Virus record (IMG/VR): IMGVR_UViG_3300036828_000767 | Coordinates: 53,516 to 117,515 of that record | Direction: 5' to 3' (one strand) | From: a virus | Taxonomy: Duplodnaviria; Heunggongvirae; Uroviricota; Caudoviricetes | DNA: 64,000 nt | Part shown: positions 25,761 through 34,834 of the stretch, piece after piece | Layout of the letters: the number at the start of each line of letters is the position of its first letter | Numbering within the stretch: position 1 is the stretch's first letter | Position numbers and translations under genes: made by a program | The notes under the pieces: model-generated | Databases searched by the model: none | What the model was told of the DNA's origin: nothing | The model's input: the letters and a program-made list of their open reading frames with translations, nothing else

Positions 25761-26162
25761 ATGACTCAGTACGGGTCATCGCAAGGCAGGTACGCGCCGA
25801 ACGCCACCCGCGCATCCGGCGGCAGGCAGTACGAGGAACGCCCACCGCGCAGGGAAACGCCGGACACCGCGGAAATCGTGTCGTACGTCATGCTGCCTGG
25901 GCGGCAGACGAAGGCGTTCCAAATCTTCGACCACCCGAAGGTGAACGACGACGGCGTCGCCGACTGCATCATCTTCACCAAGGACGGCGTCTACATCCCC
26001 CTGGACCACCACCTGTCCACGGTGCCCATCGAAATCGTCGTCCGCGCCGCTGACATACCGGCCGTGCGGCCACCGAGGCGGAAGGGACGCCCGGCAGCGA
26101 AAACCACCCGCAAGCCAACAGCGGCTGCGAAGACACCCGCGGCGCGGAAGGTCAAGGCGTAA
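25761..26162 (+). CDS. protein with C-terminal AT-hook-like basic tail (RRKGRPAAK..)
   Basis: RBS caagggag; GRP core. Confidence 0.45.
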   Translation: MTQYGSSQGRYAPNATRASGGRQYEERPPRRETPDTAEIVSYVMLPGRQTKAFQIFDHPKVNDDGVADCIIFTKDGVYIPLDHHLSTVPIEIVVRAADIPAVRPPRRKGRPAAKTTRKPTAAAKTPAARKVKA

Positions 26163-26165
26163 GCG

Positions 26166-26498
26166 ATGCGGACCATCTACCGCCTGCTGGCAAGGCAGGC
26201 CCGCGCCGACCGGACCGTCGCCTTCGAGTTCGAGTTCGCCGACCCAGCGACGCTACGTCTCACCCTGCCCGATGCCGAAGCCTTCCTCATCCCCGTTGGT
26301 GAACTTCAGGCACTTGTCCTGAACGTCACCGACGGCATCCTCGTCCGGGCGGACGTCGCGGCGAACATCACCAACGCCGTCAACGACCTCGACACCACCC
26401 TGAACCGGTCCGGCGGATTTTGCCGGGAAGACAGCCTGCGTGACCTGGCCAGCTCGGTCGTGGACCTGTGGCGGGAGGTCTGCCCGCGCCAGCCGTAG
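26166..26498 (+). CDS. hypothetical protein
   Basis: ORF-track ORF. Confidence 0.45.
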   Translation: MRTIYRLLARQARADRTVAFEFEFADPATLRLTLPDAEAFLIPVGELQALVLNVTDGILVRADVAANITNAVNDLDTTLNRSGGFCREDSLRDLASSVVDLWREVCPRQP

Positions 26499-26606
26499 TC
26501 GGCGCCGCCTGGGCGGCTGGGCTCCTGTTCAGCCGCCTCAGGTTCTACCCTACCACTTTGCGGCAAGCGCTTGTAACCTTGCCGGGATTCCGAAGGGGCA
26601 AAACCG

Positions 26607-27125
26607 ATGCCAAACAACCGACTACAAGCCGTGGCCACGACCGCGTACACCAAGTGCGGCGAGTGCTGGCACTTCGTCGAGCCTAACGAGGTCAGCGGCC
26701 CTGGTATCGCCACCTGGCTGCACTTGGACAACGGCGTTAAGGAACACGACCACGACGCCACGCCCAGTACCGACAGCCGGCCCATCTCACTGTGGCGTGC
26801 CCACTACCCGGAGTTGTTTTACTTGTACGCCGACGGTGAGACAGGGCCGAACTCGATCCTGTTCAGCATTGCCCACGACAGCCAGCCGGGTGGCCAGGAA
26901 GACGAGGCGTCCCCGGACATGACCGTGCCACTGAAGCTATTCCTGTGGCGTGACGTTCTCCACAGCTACACCAGCGGGATGGCGTTCGCTATCGCCCGCA
27001 ACGTCCACGAAGCCCGCGGCCTGCTCTCGGGAACCGACGCCTACTGGGGTGACGACCTGGCGGCAGAACCCGAAGTCCACGACGTCACCAGCCGGTTCTG
27101 CGCCTACAACCAGGGAGGTGGCTGA
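26607..27125 (+). CDS. hypothetical protein
   Basis: ORF-track ORF. Confidence 0.5.
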   Translation: MPNNRLQAVATTAYTKCGECWHFVEPNEVSGPGIATWLHLDNGVKEHDHDATPSTDSRPISLWRAHYPELFYLYADGETGPNSILFSIAHDSQPGGQEDEASPDMTVPLKLFLWRDVLHSYTSGMAFAIARNVHEARGLLSGTDAYWGDDLAAEPEVHDVTSRFCAYNQGGG

Positions 27126-27126
27126 C

Positions 27127-27408
27127 GTGAACGGCTGGGTAGTACGACCCGAGCGGCCGGAGAATGACGAGCCCCTCACCGCACCCATGCCCCAGGCCGA
27201 GGCGATTCGGTGGGCCAATAAGAAGCAGAAGAACTGGAGCCTGCCGCTGGTGGTCCGGCCCGACGAATCGGGCACTGTCGCTGTGTCCAGGAAATTCCTT
27301 AGCCGTGTCGTCTACGAGGCGGGCACCGGCGACGACACGATGTCGTGGGATTACGCCGCTACCGCTGAGGTGTACATCCGCCGTCTCGGCGTCCCGGCCC
27401 AGGAGTAA
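27127..27408 (+). CDS. hypothetical protein
   Basis: GTG 2 nt after stop; RBS cagggaggtgg. Confidence 0.4.
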   Translation: MNGWVVRPERPENDEPLTAPMPQAEAIRWANKKQKNWSLPLVVRPDESGTVAVSRKFLSRVVYEAGTGDDTMSWDYAATAEVYIRRLGVPAQE

Positions 27409-27410
27409 CC

Positions 27411-27653
27411 ATGAGTAAGCCGATACCGGTGTGGGCGGTGTGCAACAACGGTGTCATCAAGAAAACCGCCGTGTTCAAGCAGTGCCTGTCCAAGTGGGCG
27501 TTCATGTCCTGGTTCCACCTGGTCAACGGCGGCGACGACATCGACTTCACGCCCGAGTCGGTGGGCCGCCGAGTACTGCGCGTTCAGGGCATGGACCGTG
27601 AAGTTCTCGTCCGCGTCCGCAGCGGGCGAATCGTAACCGAGGAGGCACCATGA
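27411..27653 (+). CDS. hypothetical protein
   Basis: ORF-track ORF. Confidence 0.45.
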   Translation: MSKPIPVWAVCNNGVIKKTAVFKQCLSKWAFMSWFHLVNGGDDIDFTPESVGRRVLRVQGMDREVLVRVRSGRIVTEEAP

Positions 27654-27988
27654 AGGGAAATGTCGTGAAGACAAACGCCTTGGCGTTGCTGTTCTTCCTG
27701 ACCCGCGACCGGAAAGCCTGGTGGAAGGCGCGGTCGCTGAAAACAAAGGGCCGCATACTGCTCGGCCAGGACGTCCTGTTCGCGTTCGCCGGAGCAGCGA
27801 CCCTGCTCTGGGTATGGCGCGACGCCATGGCCGCTCAGTTCTTCGCCTCGTTCTACCTCGCCTTGTTCGTTGCTGCCACGGCAGTTCATGCCTGGCGCAG
27901 ATGGCAGGCACTGCACAGTCCCTTGTTCTACCTCGCCGCCGTCCAGCATGACCTTGGAGGTGCCGACGATGCCAGCCGACCTCGGTGA
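27650..27988 (+). CDS. membrane protein
   Basis: ATGA coupling; three hydrophobic helices. Confidence 0.45.
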   Translation: MKGNVVKTNALALLFFLTRDRKAWWKARSLKTKGRILLGQDVLFAFAGAATLLWVWRDAMAAQFFASFYLALFVAATAVHAWRRWQALHSPLFYLAAVQHDLGGADDASRPR

Positions 27989-28331
27989 CCTGAGATACGC
28001 CCTGGTGGGTGACGGCAGCGACGGTAACTTGCTTGCCGCCCTGGATCGTCACGCCCAGGCAATCGCTGACCCGCTGTCGCGTATCGCCGAGTTCTTCGAT
28101 CGGCTCGCCGACGACCAGTTGTCGGAACGGCTCGACGCCGCGCAGGTGATAGAAAGCCGGTTCGCGCGGCTGATCGAACTGCTCACCCTCGGCGCCGGCG
28201 ACGGCGCCCACCACAAGGACTGGGTCCTCGACCAGATCGCCCGGGAACTTCTCGGCCCCGCCTACGACAACTGGGCCGCCGTGGAGGAACACGGCTGGTC
28301 CAACGTCACCGACAACGCCATCGCCCCCTAA
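27969..28331 (+). CDS. hypothetical protein
   Basis: ATG after RBS ggaggtg; 20-nt overlap. Confidence 0.4.
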   Translation: MPADLGDLRYALVGDGSDGNLLAALDRHAQAIADPLSRIAEFFDRLADDQLSERLDAAQVIESRFARLIELLTLGAGDGAHHKDWVLDQIARELLGPAYDNWAAVEEHGWSNVTDNAIAP

Positions 28332-28340
28332 GGAGACACC

Positions 28341-28595
28341 ATGATTACCAGTGGCCGTGCCAGGCATATCAACCAATCCCTCCAAGTCGTGGCCGAAATG
28401 CTTCCGACACGGCTTGCGCTCGCCGCCATGTGCGGGCAGTCCGACGAGGAAGCACCCATGACGGGGCCGCACTTGGACAGGGTTATCGGCGACCTGTCTG
28501 AGGCGCGAGTGGCGGCGGAAATGCTCGCTGAGGGCATCTCCCAGGCGGTTGACTTGTTCCGCATGGAAAAGGCCGACACCGAAAGAGACGACTAA
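28341..28595 (+). CDS. hypothetical protein
   Basis: RBS ctaaggagacacc. Confidence 0.5.
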   Translation: MITSGRARHINQSLQVVAEMLPTRLALAAMCGQSDEEAPMTGPHLDRVIGDLSEARVAAEMLAEGISQAVDLFRMEKADTERDD

Positions 28596-28909
28596 TGGAC
28601 GCCGCTGAACTGGCACGCCGTCTCCGTGATGAGACCGGCGTAATCGCTGAAGGCGACCAGGGCGGTCACATCGTCCGTATTCCGGTGGACACCGGCATAC
28701 GGCTGCTGGATTTCCTCCTGTCCTCCACCGGCGACGAACAAGCCAGTGCTCTGGTAACCAGGCTCGCCGAATCAGACTGTCACGTTCCCTATGAAAGCTT
28801 CTGCTACTTCTGCGGCGCAGATATAGACGGACTCCTCGTGGCAGCTCGCCCGCATCACGACGATTGCCTGTGGCGGCTTGCTGTGGCCTGGAAGGAGGAA
28901 TGGGCATGA
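28595..28909 (+). CDS. hypothetical protein
   Basis: TAATG coupling. Confidence 0.45.
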   Translation: MDAAELARRLRDETGVIAEGDQGGHIVRIPVDTGIRLLDFLLSSTGDEQASALVTRLAESDCHVPYESFCYFCGADIDGLLVAARPHHDDCLWRLAVAWKEEWA

Positions 28910-29412
28910 GGCGCGTCGATCCGCAGTACCCGGTTGTCGGGTTCACGTCGGCGCGGCGCTTCGACGCGCACGCCGAAGCGGCCACCGCGGTCCGGCTCAC
29001 CCAGATATCCCGGGGTATGCGCCACGGTGGTGTGATCAGGCCGAAGTTCATCACCGGTGCCGCGCGGGGCGGCGACGCTTTCATCGGGCGTTGGCTGGTC
29101 ACGCACTGGCTCGAACACGCCGACCATCTTGTCCTGGTGCCGGCGTGGCGAAGCCAGGTGGACTGGTGGTGGACCAGTCTGCCGCCGCGGTGGCAGAACC
29201 TCGTCGAAGTGGAGCTGATGCCGGAAGGCACCGACTTCGCCTACCGGAACAAGGAACTCGTCCGCCGTTCGCAGCACCTGGAAGGCTTCCCTGAGCTGCC
29301 TGAGGAGCGGGCAATCATGTCCGGTTCGTGGCAGACCATCCGTTTGGCCCGCCATGCGGAGAAGTCCCATCACGTCACCGTCGTCGGTGAGGTGCCAGTG
29401 AGAAAAGGCTAA
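28906..29412 (+). CDS. DUF2493/SLOG-like Rossmann-fold protein (suspected)
   Basis: ATGA coupling, RBS aaggagga; FITGAARGGDAFIGRWL resembles the GG-A-GAD-x-A-x-WA motif; weak. Confidence 0.35.
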   Translation: MRRVDPQYPVVGFTSARRFDAHAEAATAVRLTQISRGMRHGGVIRPKFITGAARGGDAFIGRWLVTHWLEHADHLVLVPAWRSQVDWWWTSLPPRWQNLVEVELMPEGTDFAYRNKELVRRSQHLEGFPELPEERAIMSGSWQTIRLARHAEKSHHVTVVGEVPVRKG

Positions 29413-29482
29413 ATACCCTACCACTCTCGTCCGGCACGTTTCGTAGAACAGCCAAATCCACCACTTCAAGGAGGGCTTCACC

Positions 29483-29674
29483 ATGACCGCCCGTAAGAAC
29501 GCCAACGCCGGTCCCAGGTTCCACGAAGACCCGCACCTGCCACCGGGCAGGCAGGACATCACCCTCCGGCCGATCCGCCTCACCGACGTGCCGTCCCATC
29601 CGGCGCCGCGGCGGCGCCTCCGCTCGACCACCCCGAGCGGCTCGCCTTCATCGCGTTCCTTCCGCCTGACGTAG
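29483..29674 (+). CDS. hypothetical protein
   Basis: RBS caaggagggc. Confidence 0.4.
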   Translation: MTARKNANAGPRFHEDPHLPPGRQDITLRPIRLTDVPSHPAPRRRLRSTTPSGSPSSRSFRLT

Positions 29675-29678
29675 GACG

Positions 29679-29855
29679 ATGGACCTGCTTCCCCTCGCTG
29701 ATGCCACCTGCCCGGCCTGCGGTCAGATGGCAAGCATGCGCGAGCGGCTGGCCGTGTCGGTGTATACGTGCCCATCAGGTCATGTCTGGAAGACGGGCTT
29801 CTGGAATGGCATCGAATGTACTTGCGAACAGTGTGACCCGGAAGGTCACGCCTAA
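29679..29855 (+). CDS. zinc-ribbon-like small protein (58 aa)
   Basis: CPACG...CPSGH...CTCEQCD. Confidence 0.4.
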   Translation: MDLLPLADATCPACGQMASMRERLAVSVYTCPSGHVWKTGFWNGIECTCEQCDPEGHA

Positions 29856-29875
29856 CAGGAAAAGGAGACACTGCC

Positions 29876-30049
29876 ATGATCACAGTTGTGAATGGAAAAG
29901 GCGAGACGCGAGTACTGCGCGTCACCACTGCCGGGGGCCAGACGGTGCTTCAGGTCAGCAAGACGGATGGCGCGGTGGTGACAACCCTGGTGATGACCGA
30001 GGACGCCGCTTCGCAGCTCGCCGGAGCCCTCGACAACGACCCGCAGTAA
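29876..30049 (+). CDS. small hypothetical protein (57 aa)
   Basis: Strong RBS aaaaggagacactgcc. Confidence 0.45.
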   Translation: MITVVNGKGETRVLRVTTAGGQTVLQVSKTDGAVVTTLVMTEDAASQLAGALDNDPQ

Positions 30050-30059
30050 GGGGGCGCAC

Positions 30060-30257
30060 ATGTCCGGGCAGGCGCTTTCGCTGCGCGTCAGATACGAACT
30101 GGAAAGCGATGGTGCCTGCCGGGTGCTGGCGGCGTCGCAGGACCGCACTCGTCTGAGTGAGGCGTGTGAGTGTGACGCCGAGCCGCGGGAGGTCCGGTTC
30201 CCGCAGCAGGTCATCATCGCTATCTGTGACCGTTGCGGCGCTGTCTGGAAACCGTGA
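30060..30257 (+). CDS. small Cys-containing protein
   Basis: RBS taagggggc. Confidence 0.45.
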   Translation: MSGQALSLRVRYELESDGACRVLAASQDRTRLSEACECDAEPREVRFPQQVIIAICDRCGAVWKP

Positions 30258-30310
30258 CGCAGGGTCACATTCGCCACCCTCCATGTCCGATTTGTGCTCG
30301 TTCGCGGCAT

Positions 30311-30322
30311 GGAGTATACTGG
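30311..30322 (+). promoter_or_regulatory. extended -10 promoter-like motif ggagTATACTgg plus conserved leader ctgaccaccacca..gtccaaaaccgggaggc
   Basis: Leader shared with the copies at 23760 and 54545. Confidence 0.5.
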
Positions 30323-30360
30323 AATCTGACCACCACCACGTCCAAAACCGGGAGGCAAGC

Positions 30361-30633
30361 ATGGACGCACAGGCACGCGGCCCCAGAGAAGTAGGCAAGG
30401 AGTACTTCTGCGGCTACTGGCGCAAGCACTACACCGTCCTAGCGTTCGGCGAGCACACCATCACCGTCCGCTGGCAAAACGGGAAGGTCGCCACCCACAT
30501 GACCGCCTGGGACCAGGGCCGCGACCTCCTCGTCCGCCCCGTGGACCGGGCACCCCTCGGCCGTGAATACTCCGTGGACGGGGTGCACTGGCATTTCGCC
30601 CCCAACGTCGCAAGGCAGCTCGTCCGCACCTGA
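30361..30633 (+). CDS. hypothetical protein (90 aa)
   Basis: ATG 6 nt after leader RBS gggagg. Confidence 0.5.
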   Translation: MDAQARGPREVGKEYFCGYWRKHYTVLAFGEHTITVRWQNGKVATHMTAWDQGRDLLVRPVDRAPLGREYSVDGVHWHFAPNVARQLVRT

Positions 30634-30666
30634 GCAAGGCGCGGCAACAACAAGGGAGGAACACCC

Positions 30667-31203
30667 ATGCCTGAAACCATGTCCACCGAACAGCCCGAGG
30701 TGATCGCCGGTTCCGCGAAATGGCTCTCTGTCCTGCTCGGCACCGACACGATGCCCGCCGGGTACACCGTCGCACTGTTCCACAACGACGGCGGCACCAG
30801 CCCCATCGACCACTTCACTCTCACCGGCCGCCCCGTCGAAGGCGACAACGCTGCGCTGATGCTCGCCATCGTCCAGTACACGATCCTGCACCACCAGGTC
30901 GCCCACTTCGCAGCCGACGCGAGCGACGAGGACTGGGCCGCGGCGGTCGCCCGGGTCACCGAACTTGGCGACTTCGACGAAGACCTGACCGTCGCGGAAA
31001 TGCAGGAAGGCCGCACCAGGATTCAGGCGGCGAAACCCGGCGGCGGCGCCCTCGCTGCGCTCCTCGCAGGAACCGGCGACAAGGTCCGCGTGATCAGCGA
31101 CCCGGCAGAACTGACCTCGGTGCTCGCCGAACTCCGAGCCCACGCTGAGGACACCGCACGCGCCGAGGACACCGCACGCGCCGAGGCGATCAGCCACCTG
31201 TAA
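30667..31203 (+). CDS. hypothetical protein
   Basis: RBS caagggagga. Confidence 0.5.
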   Translation: MPETMSTEQPEVIAGSAKWLSVLLGTDTMPAGYTVALFHNDGGTSPIDHFTLTGRPVEGDNAALMLAIVQYTILHHQVAHFAADASDEDWAAAVARVTELGDFDEDLTVAEMQEGRTRIQAAKPGGGALAALLAGTGDKVRVISDPAELTSVLAELRAHAEDTARAEDTARAEAISHL

Positions 31204-31218
31204 CCCGAAGGAGACGGC

Positions 31219-31569
31219 GTGCCTGTTAACGCAGAGGACGTCGCCGTAACGTTGCGCGCCGCCGGGATCGACGCTGTCACTACCACCGGTGACAGCGGCC
31301 CGGTGGTGACGTTGAACCCCGGCGACGCCACCACATTCCTTGACCTGCTCACCGGCGGCGGGCGGCAAGGTGAACACCACCAGATCATCGCCGCGTTCGC
31401 TAACACCTGCCCGCATTACGGCAACGACGACGACGAAAGCAACAACGAACAGTGCCGGTACTGCGGCTGGGCCGGCACCGACGACGAATGGCCGACCGCA
31501 GAAGAAGAACACAGCCACAACTGCCCGTGGGCCACAGCTAACAGATGGCATAGGAGACACCACCCATGA
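31219..31569 (+). CDS. hypothetical protein with Cys/His cluster
   Basis: GTG after RBS gaaggagacgg. Confidence 0.45.
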   Translation: MPVNAEDVAVTLRAAGIDAVTTTGDSGPVVTLNPGDATTFLDLLTGGGRQGEHHQIIAAFANTCPHYGNDDDESNNEQCRYCGWAGTDDEWPTAEEEHSHNCPWATANRWHRRHHP

Positions 31570-32009
31570 AACAGCCCCCAGTAATCACCTCGTCGGAGCC
31601 GCTGCCGTTTTTCGTGTACGGAACCCTCCGCCCAGGGTTCAGGCTCTACCGGGGCCTCGAAGCCCTCATCGAACGGCACGAACCAGCCCGGCTACCCGGG
31701 TTCGACCTGTTCATCTCCGGCTACCCGGTGGTCCGCGTATCTGACGGGCGAGGCCGGTATGTGACCGGGGACCTGCTGTGGATGACCGACCACGACGCGG
31801 CACTGCGGCGCTGCGACGGCATCGAGAACTACCGTCCGCCATACAACACCATGTACATCCGCGCCGCCGTGCTCGCCTTGCGGGGAGAGCAGCCCGGAAT
31901 CCCGGTGACTGCGTGGGTGTACATGGGCGGCCCGCGGATGGGCTTCTACAACCGGGTGGAATCCGGCGACTACCTGGACGTGGTACGAAGTGAGGAGGCG
32001 CGCGTATGA
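31566..32009 (+). CDS. gamma-glutamyl cyclotransferase-like (AIG2/GGCT fold) protein
   Basis: N-terminal FFVYGTLRPGF is the hallmark YGSL/YGTL motif of GGCT/AIG2; ATGA coupling. Confidence 0.6.
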   Translation: MKQPPVITSSEPLPFFVYGTLRPGFRLYRGLEALIERHEPARLPGFDLFISGYPVVRVSDGRGRYVTGDLLWMTDHDAALRRCDGIENYRPPYNTMYIRAAVLALRGEQPGIPVTAWVYMGGPRMGFYNRVESGDYLDVVRSEEARV

Positions 32010-32497
32010 GCCACCCGATCGGTGAAACCACCGATTCAAGGCTGAAACTCGCCGGCGGCACCCCCGCAAGGCTGGTGTCCAAACTGCTCCCCGGCCCGGC
32101 ACTGTCAGCGACCCTCACGGTGATGGCGCCGACACCCGTGTACCTCACCCAAAGTGTCGCTGGCAGGGAACGGCGGATGGAACTACGGGCGATGAACGGC
32201 GTCTACTACTGGGCCGAAGACTTCGGCACCTACCTGGCCACCGACACCGCCCGGGGGTCGCGGGAACTGCGGCCCCTGCTCCGCATGGAAGACGACCTGA
32301 ACCCGGCGTTCATCGTGTTCACCGACGACGGGGCGCCGTCCGCAACGATAATCGCCGGTTACATCGCGTCAGCGCCCGGCACGTGGCACGTCTACGAGAC
32401 AACCGGAATCCGGTTGCGGCCCACCAACAACCGGTCGCCGGAGAACGCGCTGCTCATTCTGGTGCTGACCAGAGAGTCAAGCTTCGGCCGCCGCTGA
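32006..32497 (+). CDS. hypothetical protein
   Basis: ATGA coupling to the GGCT-like gene. Confidence 0.5.
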   Translation: MSHPIGETTDSRLKLAGGTPARLVSKLLPGPALSATLTVMAPTPVYLTQSVAGRERRMELRAMNGVYYWAEDFGTYLATDTARGSRELRPLLRMEDDLNPAFIVFTDDGAPSATIIAGYIASAPGTWHVYETTGIRLRPTNNRSPENALLILVLTRESSFGRR

Positions 32498-32549
32498 ACT
32501 TTCACCCGGCTGGGCAACCCGCCCGCCGGCTCATCTAGGGAGGACGCCT

Positions 32550-33560
32550 ATGTCACTGCGCTTGCGGCGCGGTACCACCGCGCCGCGAACAACCGGGATG
32601 CGCGCAACGCCTGTCCCGGTAAACCCGGCCACCACAACGAAAGGAACCACCATGCCGGAAACCACCACCCTGACGCCGTTCATCGCACACCTCACCGACG
32701 GCCGCACCCTGCCCGCCGAGTTCGACACCTGGGGCTTCAAGATCGTCCGCGGCGACCTGACCACCTGGGACAACGGCGACGGCACCCGGGTCCAGTGGCC
32801 CGCCACCGGTGTCATGCACGACCGCAACGCGGTCGCCTCCGACGAGCTGTGCCCCAACTCGGAGATCGGCGGGTACGCCATCGCGAAGGACTTGCGTGGC
32901 GCCCGCGACGGCCAGTACGGGCACCAGACGATCCTGCTGGTCGCCTACAACCAGGCCGACGTTCTCGCCTCCGGCAACCACAAGGCGCGGGTGTCCAAGG
33001 CGCACGTCGTCGCGGTCATCCACGGCACCGACGTGTACAAGACCGCCGCTGGGGTGGACCTGTCCCGTGCGGACTTCAACGGCGCGGACCTCCGCGGCGC
33101 GACGTTCGACGGGTCGGACCTGTCCGGTGCGGCGCTGCGCGGTGCGCGGCTGGAGGGCGCCTCCCTCGTCGGGGCGGACCTGTCCGGGGCGAACGTGTCC
33201 CGCGCTGAGTTCAGCAGTGCGAACCTCGAAGGTGCCAACTTCACCGGCGCCGACGGGTTCCACGCCACGTTCACCGGCGCGAACCTCGCCGGTGCGGTGT
33301 TCACCGGCGCCAAGCTCGCTGGTGCCAGCCTCAGCAAGGCCACCGTCGCCGGGCTGAACGTGGACGGTGCCGTGCTGACCCGCGCCAACCTGAAGGACGC
33401 CGACGGGACTGTCCGCAACGCGGGCACGGCGAAGCTCGCCGGTGCCGTGTTCAGCGACAGCGGCCCGTTTCAGCCGCTGAGCGTCCCCGCTGGGCGCCGG
33501 GACATCCTCGACGCCCTCACCGGGTGCGGCGTGTACGCGGTGATGGAGGGCACCCGCTAA
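32550..33560 (+). CDS. pentapeptide-repeat protein (Qnr/MfpA-like right-handed beta-helix; possible DNA mimic)
   Basis: About 30 tandem A(D/N)LxGAxLxGA pentapeptides; RBS tagggagga; alternative start 32652. Confidence 0.6.
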   Translation: MSLRLRRGTTAPRTTGMRATPVPVNPATTTKGTTMPETTTLTPFIAHLTDGRTLPAEFDTWGFKIVRGDLTTWDNGDGTRVQWPATGVMHDRNAVASDELCPNSEIGGYAIAKDLRGARDGQYGHQTILLVAYNQADVLASGNHKARVSKAHVVAVIHGTDVYKTAAGVDLSRADFNGADLRGATFDGSDLSGAALRGARLEGASLVGADLSGANVSRAEFSSANLEGANFTGADGFHATFTGANLAGAVFTGAKLAGASLSKATVAGLNVDGAVLTRANLKDADGTVRNAGTAKLAGAVFSDSGPFQPLSVPAGRRDILDALTGCGVYAVMEGTR

Positions 33561-33635
33561 TCCCGTCCCCTAACCGGCTGAGCCCCACCCCCCTCCCGGG
33601 TGGGGCTCAGCCATTCCCCCGGAAGGAGGAAACAG

Positions 33636-33899
33636 ATGAGGCTCATCTCTTGGAGCCCTGAGGCGCGGGCTGTGCGACAGCAACGGCGGCTCCGCCGGGA
33701 ACACGTCGCCAACACGCCGAACATGAGCGTCAAGGTCACCATCGAACGCCGGCAAGGCAGCCTGGTCACGTCGCAGATCAGCGGCGTCGGGGTGGACTTG
33801 GCGGCTGCGCTGTGGAACGCGCGAGGCCGGGCGGGAACCCTGTTCCGGGAAGTCGGCGAGCACCTCGCCCGGTTCCCCGCCGAAGAAACAGACCAATGA
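33636..33899 (+). CDS. hypothetical protein
   Basis: Strong RBS ggaaggaggaaacag. Confidence 0.45.
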   Translation: MRLISWSPEARAVRQQRRLRREHVANTPNMSVKVTIERRQGSLVTSQISGVGVDLAAALWNARGRAGTLFREVGEHLARFPAEETDQ

Positions 33900-34195
33900 G
33901 CGGCGACAACCACACCGCGCTAGTCGTCACACCGCAGACGGGCTACCCGCAGATCAGGTGGGCTGATAACGGCGCTGGCAGCGGTGAATGCGGCTGGGTT
34001 GGGGTCTGCTCAATGTGGGTGTTTCAGATTTGGCGGCCCTACCCGGAGCGGCAGTGGGAGCTGATCTGCAACCTGCCAGGTTCCCGGTCCAAGGCGAACG
34101 ACAAAGACCTGGACGAGCTGAAAGGCATCGCGGACCGGTGGCTGAGATGGTTCCTCGACGACCTTTACAACACCAGCCGGAAGTTCGGAAGCTGA
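33896..34195 (+). CDS. hypothetical protein
   Basis: ATGA coupling. Confidence 0.45.
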   Translation: MSGDNHTALVVTPQTGYPQIRWADNGAGSGECGWVGVCSMWVFQIWRPYPERQWELICNLPGSRSKANDKDLDELKGIADRWLRWFLDDLYNTSRKFGS

Positions 34196-34351
34196 ACGCC
34201 CTATGGGGGTGGAAACAGGCAGACAAAAAAGGCGGCGTCCATTGGGTGCGGGGCACCCTCGAAGAAACCTACAACCGGGTAGCCGGAGACGGCGGCGAGT
34301 GGATTCTCGTGGCGTCCGTACCTAAAGAGGCGTTTAAGGAGGTGATGGAAA

Positions 34352-34834
34352 ATGTCAAAAGGGCACATGAAACCGAGGGTTCATTTCCTGTATGACGCCT
34401 GCCCGTTCGTCCAGTCCGAGCCGGGTTACCGGCTGGATATCTGGTGCGCCTGCCATGACCATTTCGGTTCCGACATAGCCGCAGCATTGACCCACATTCC
34501 GGTTGATGCGCTGCCAAAGCCGCCGAGTGAGATCGTGCAGGCGCTGGCGAAGTCGGTTACGGGGGCTCGTAGCTGGGTGACACAGGCACAACGGTCAGTG
34601 GAATGGCTGCTTGACAACCAGCCGCGAGACACCACCACTGCCGTGCAACTGGAAAACGTCTACGGCAACTTGCAACGCGCCGCGTGGGTGCTGCACGACC
34701 CCGAAGCCGACGAACACCGGGCAAACGAACCCCAGCCACACACGACCACTCACACGCAGTACTGCCTTGCCTGCGGCAAGGACCACACAGAAGCCTCAGC
34801 CGAGAGGCTCAACCAGGAAAGCGAGGGACGCTAA
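34352..34834 (+). CDS. hypothetical protein
   Basis: RBS aaggagg upstream; alternative ATG 34341 is out of frame. Confidence 0.45.
   Translation: MSKGHMKPRVHFLYDACPFVQSEPGYRLDIWCACHDHFGSDIAAALTHIPVDALPKPPSEIVQALAKSVTGARSWVTQAQRSVEWLLDNQPRDTTTAVQLENVYGNLQRAAWVLHDPEADEHRANEPQPHTTTHTQYCLACGKDHTEASAERLNQESEGR

Noticed and set aside
27351-29231. 626-aa minus-strand ORF (and similar long minus-strand ORFs 54831..56822, 10521..11699, 14248..15150)
   Set aside because: Each lies antisense to a continuous series of + strand genes with RBSs, ATGA coupling and recognisable motifs. Their products are Arg/Gly/Pro-rich low-complexity sequences, typical of spurious antisense frames in GC-rich DNA.
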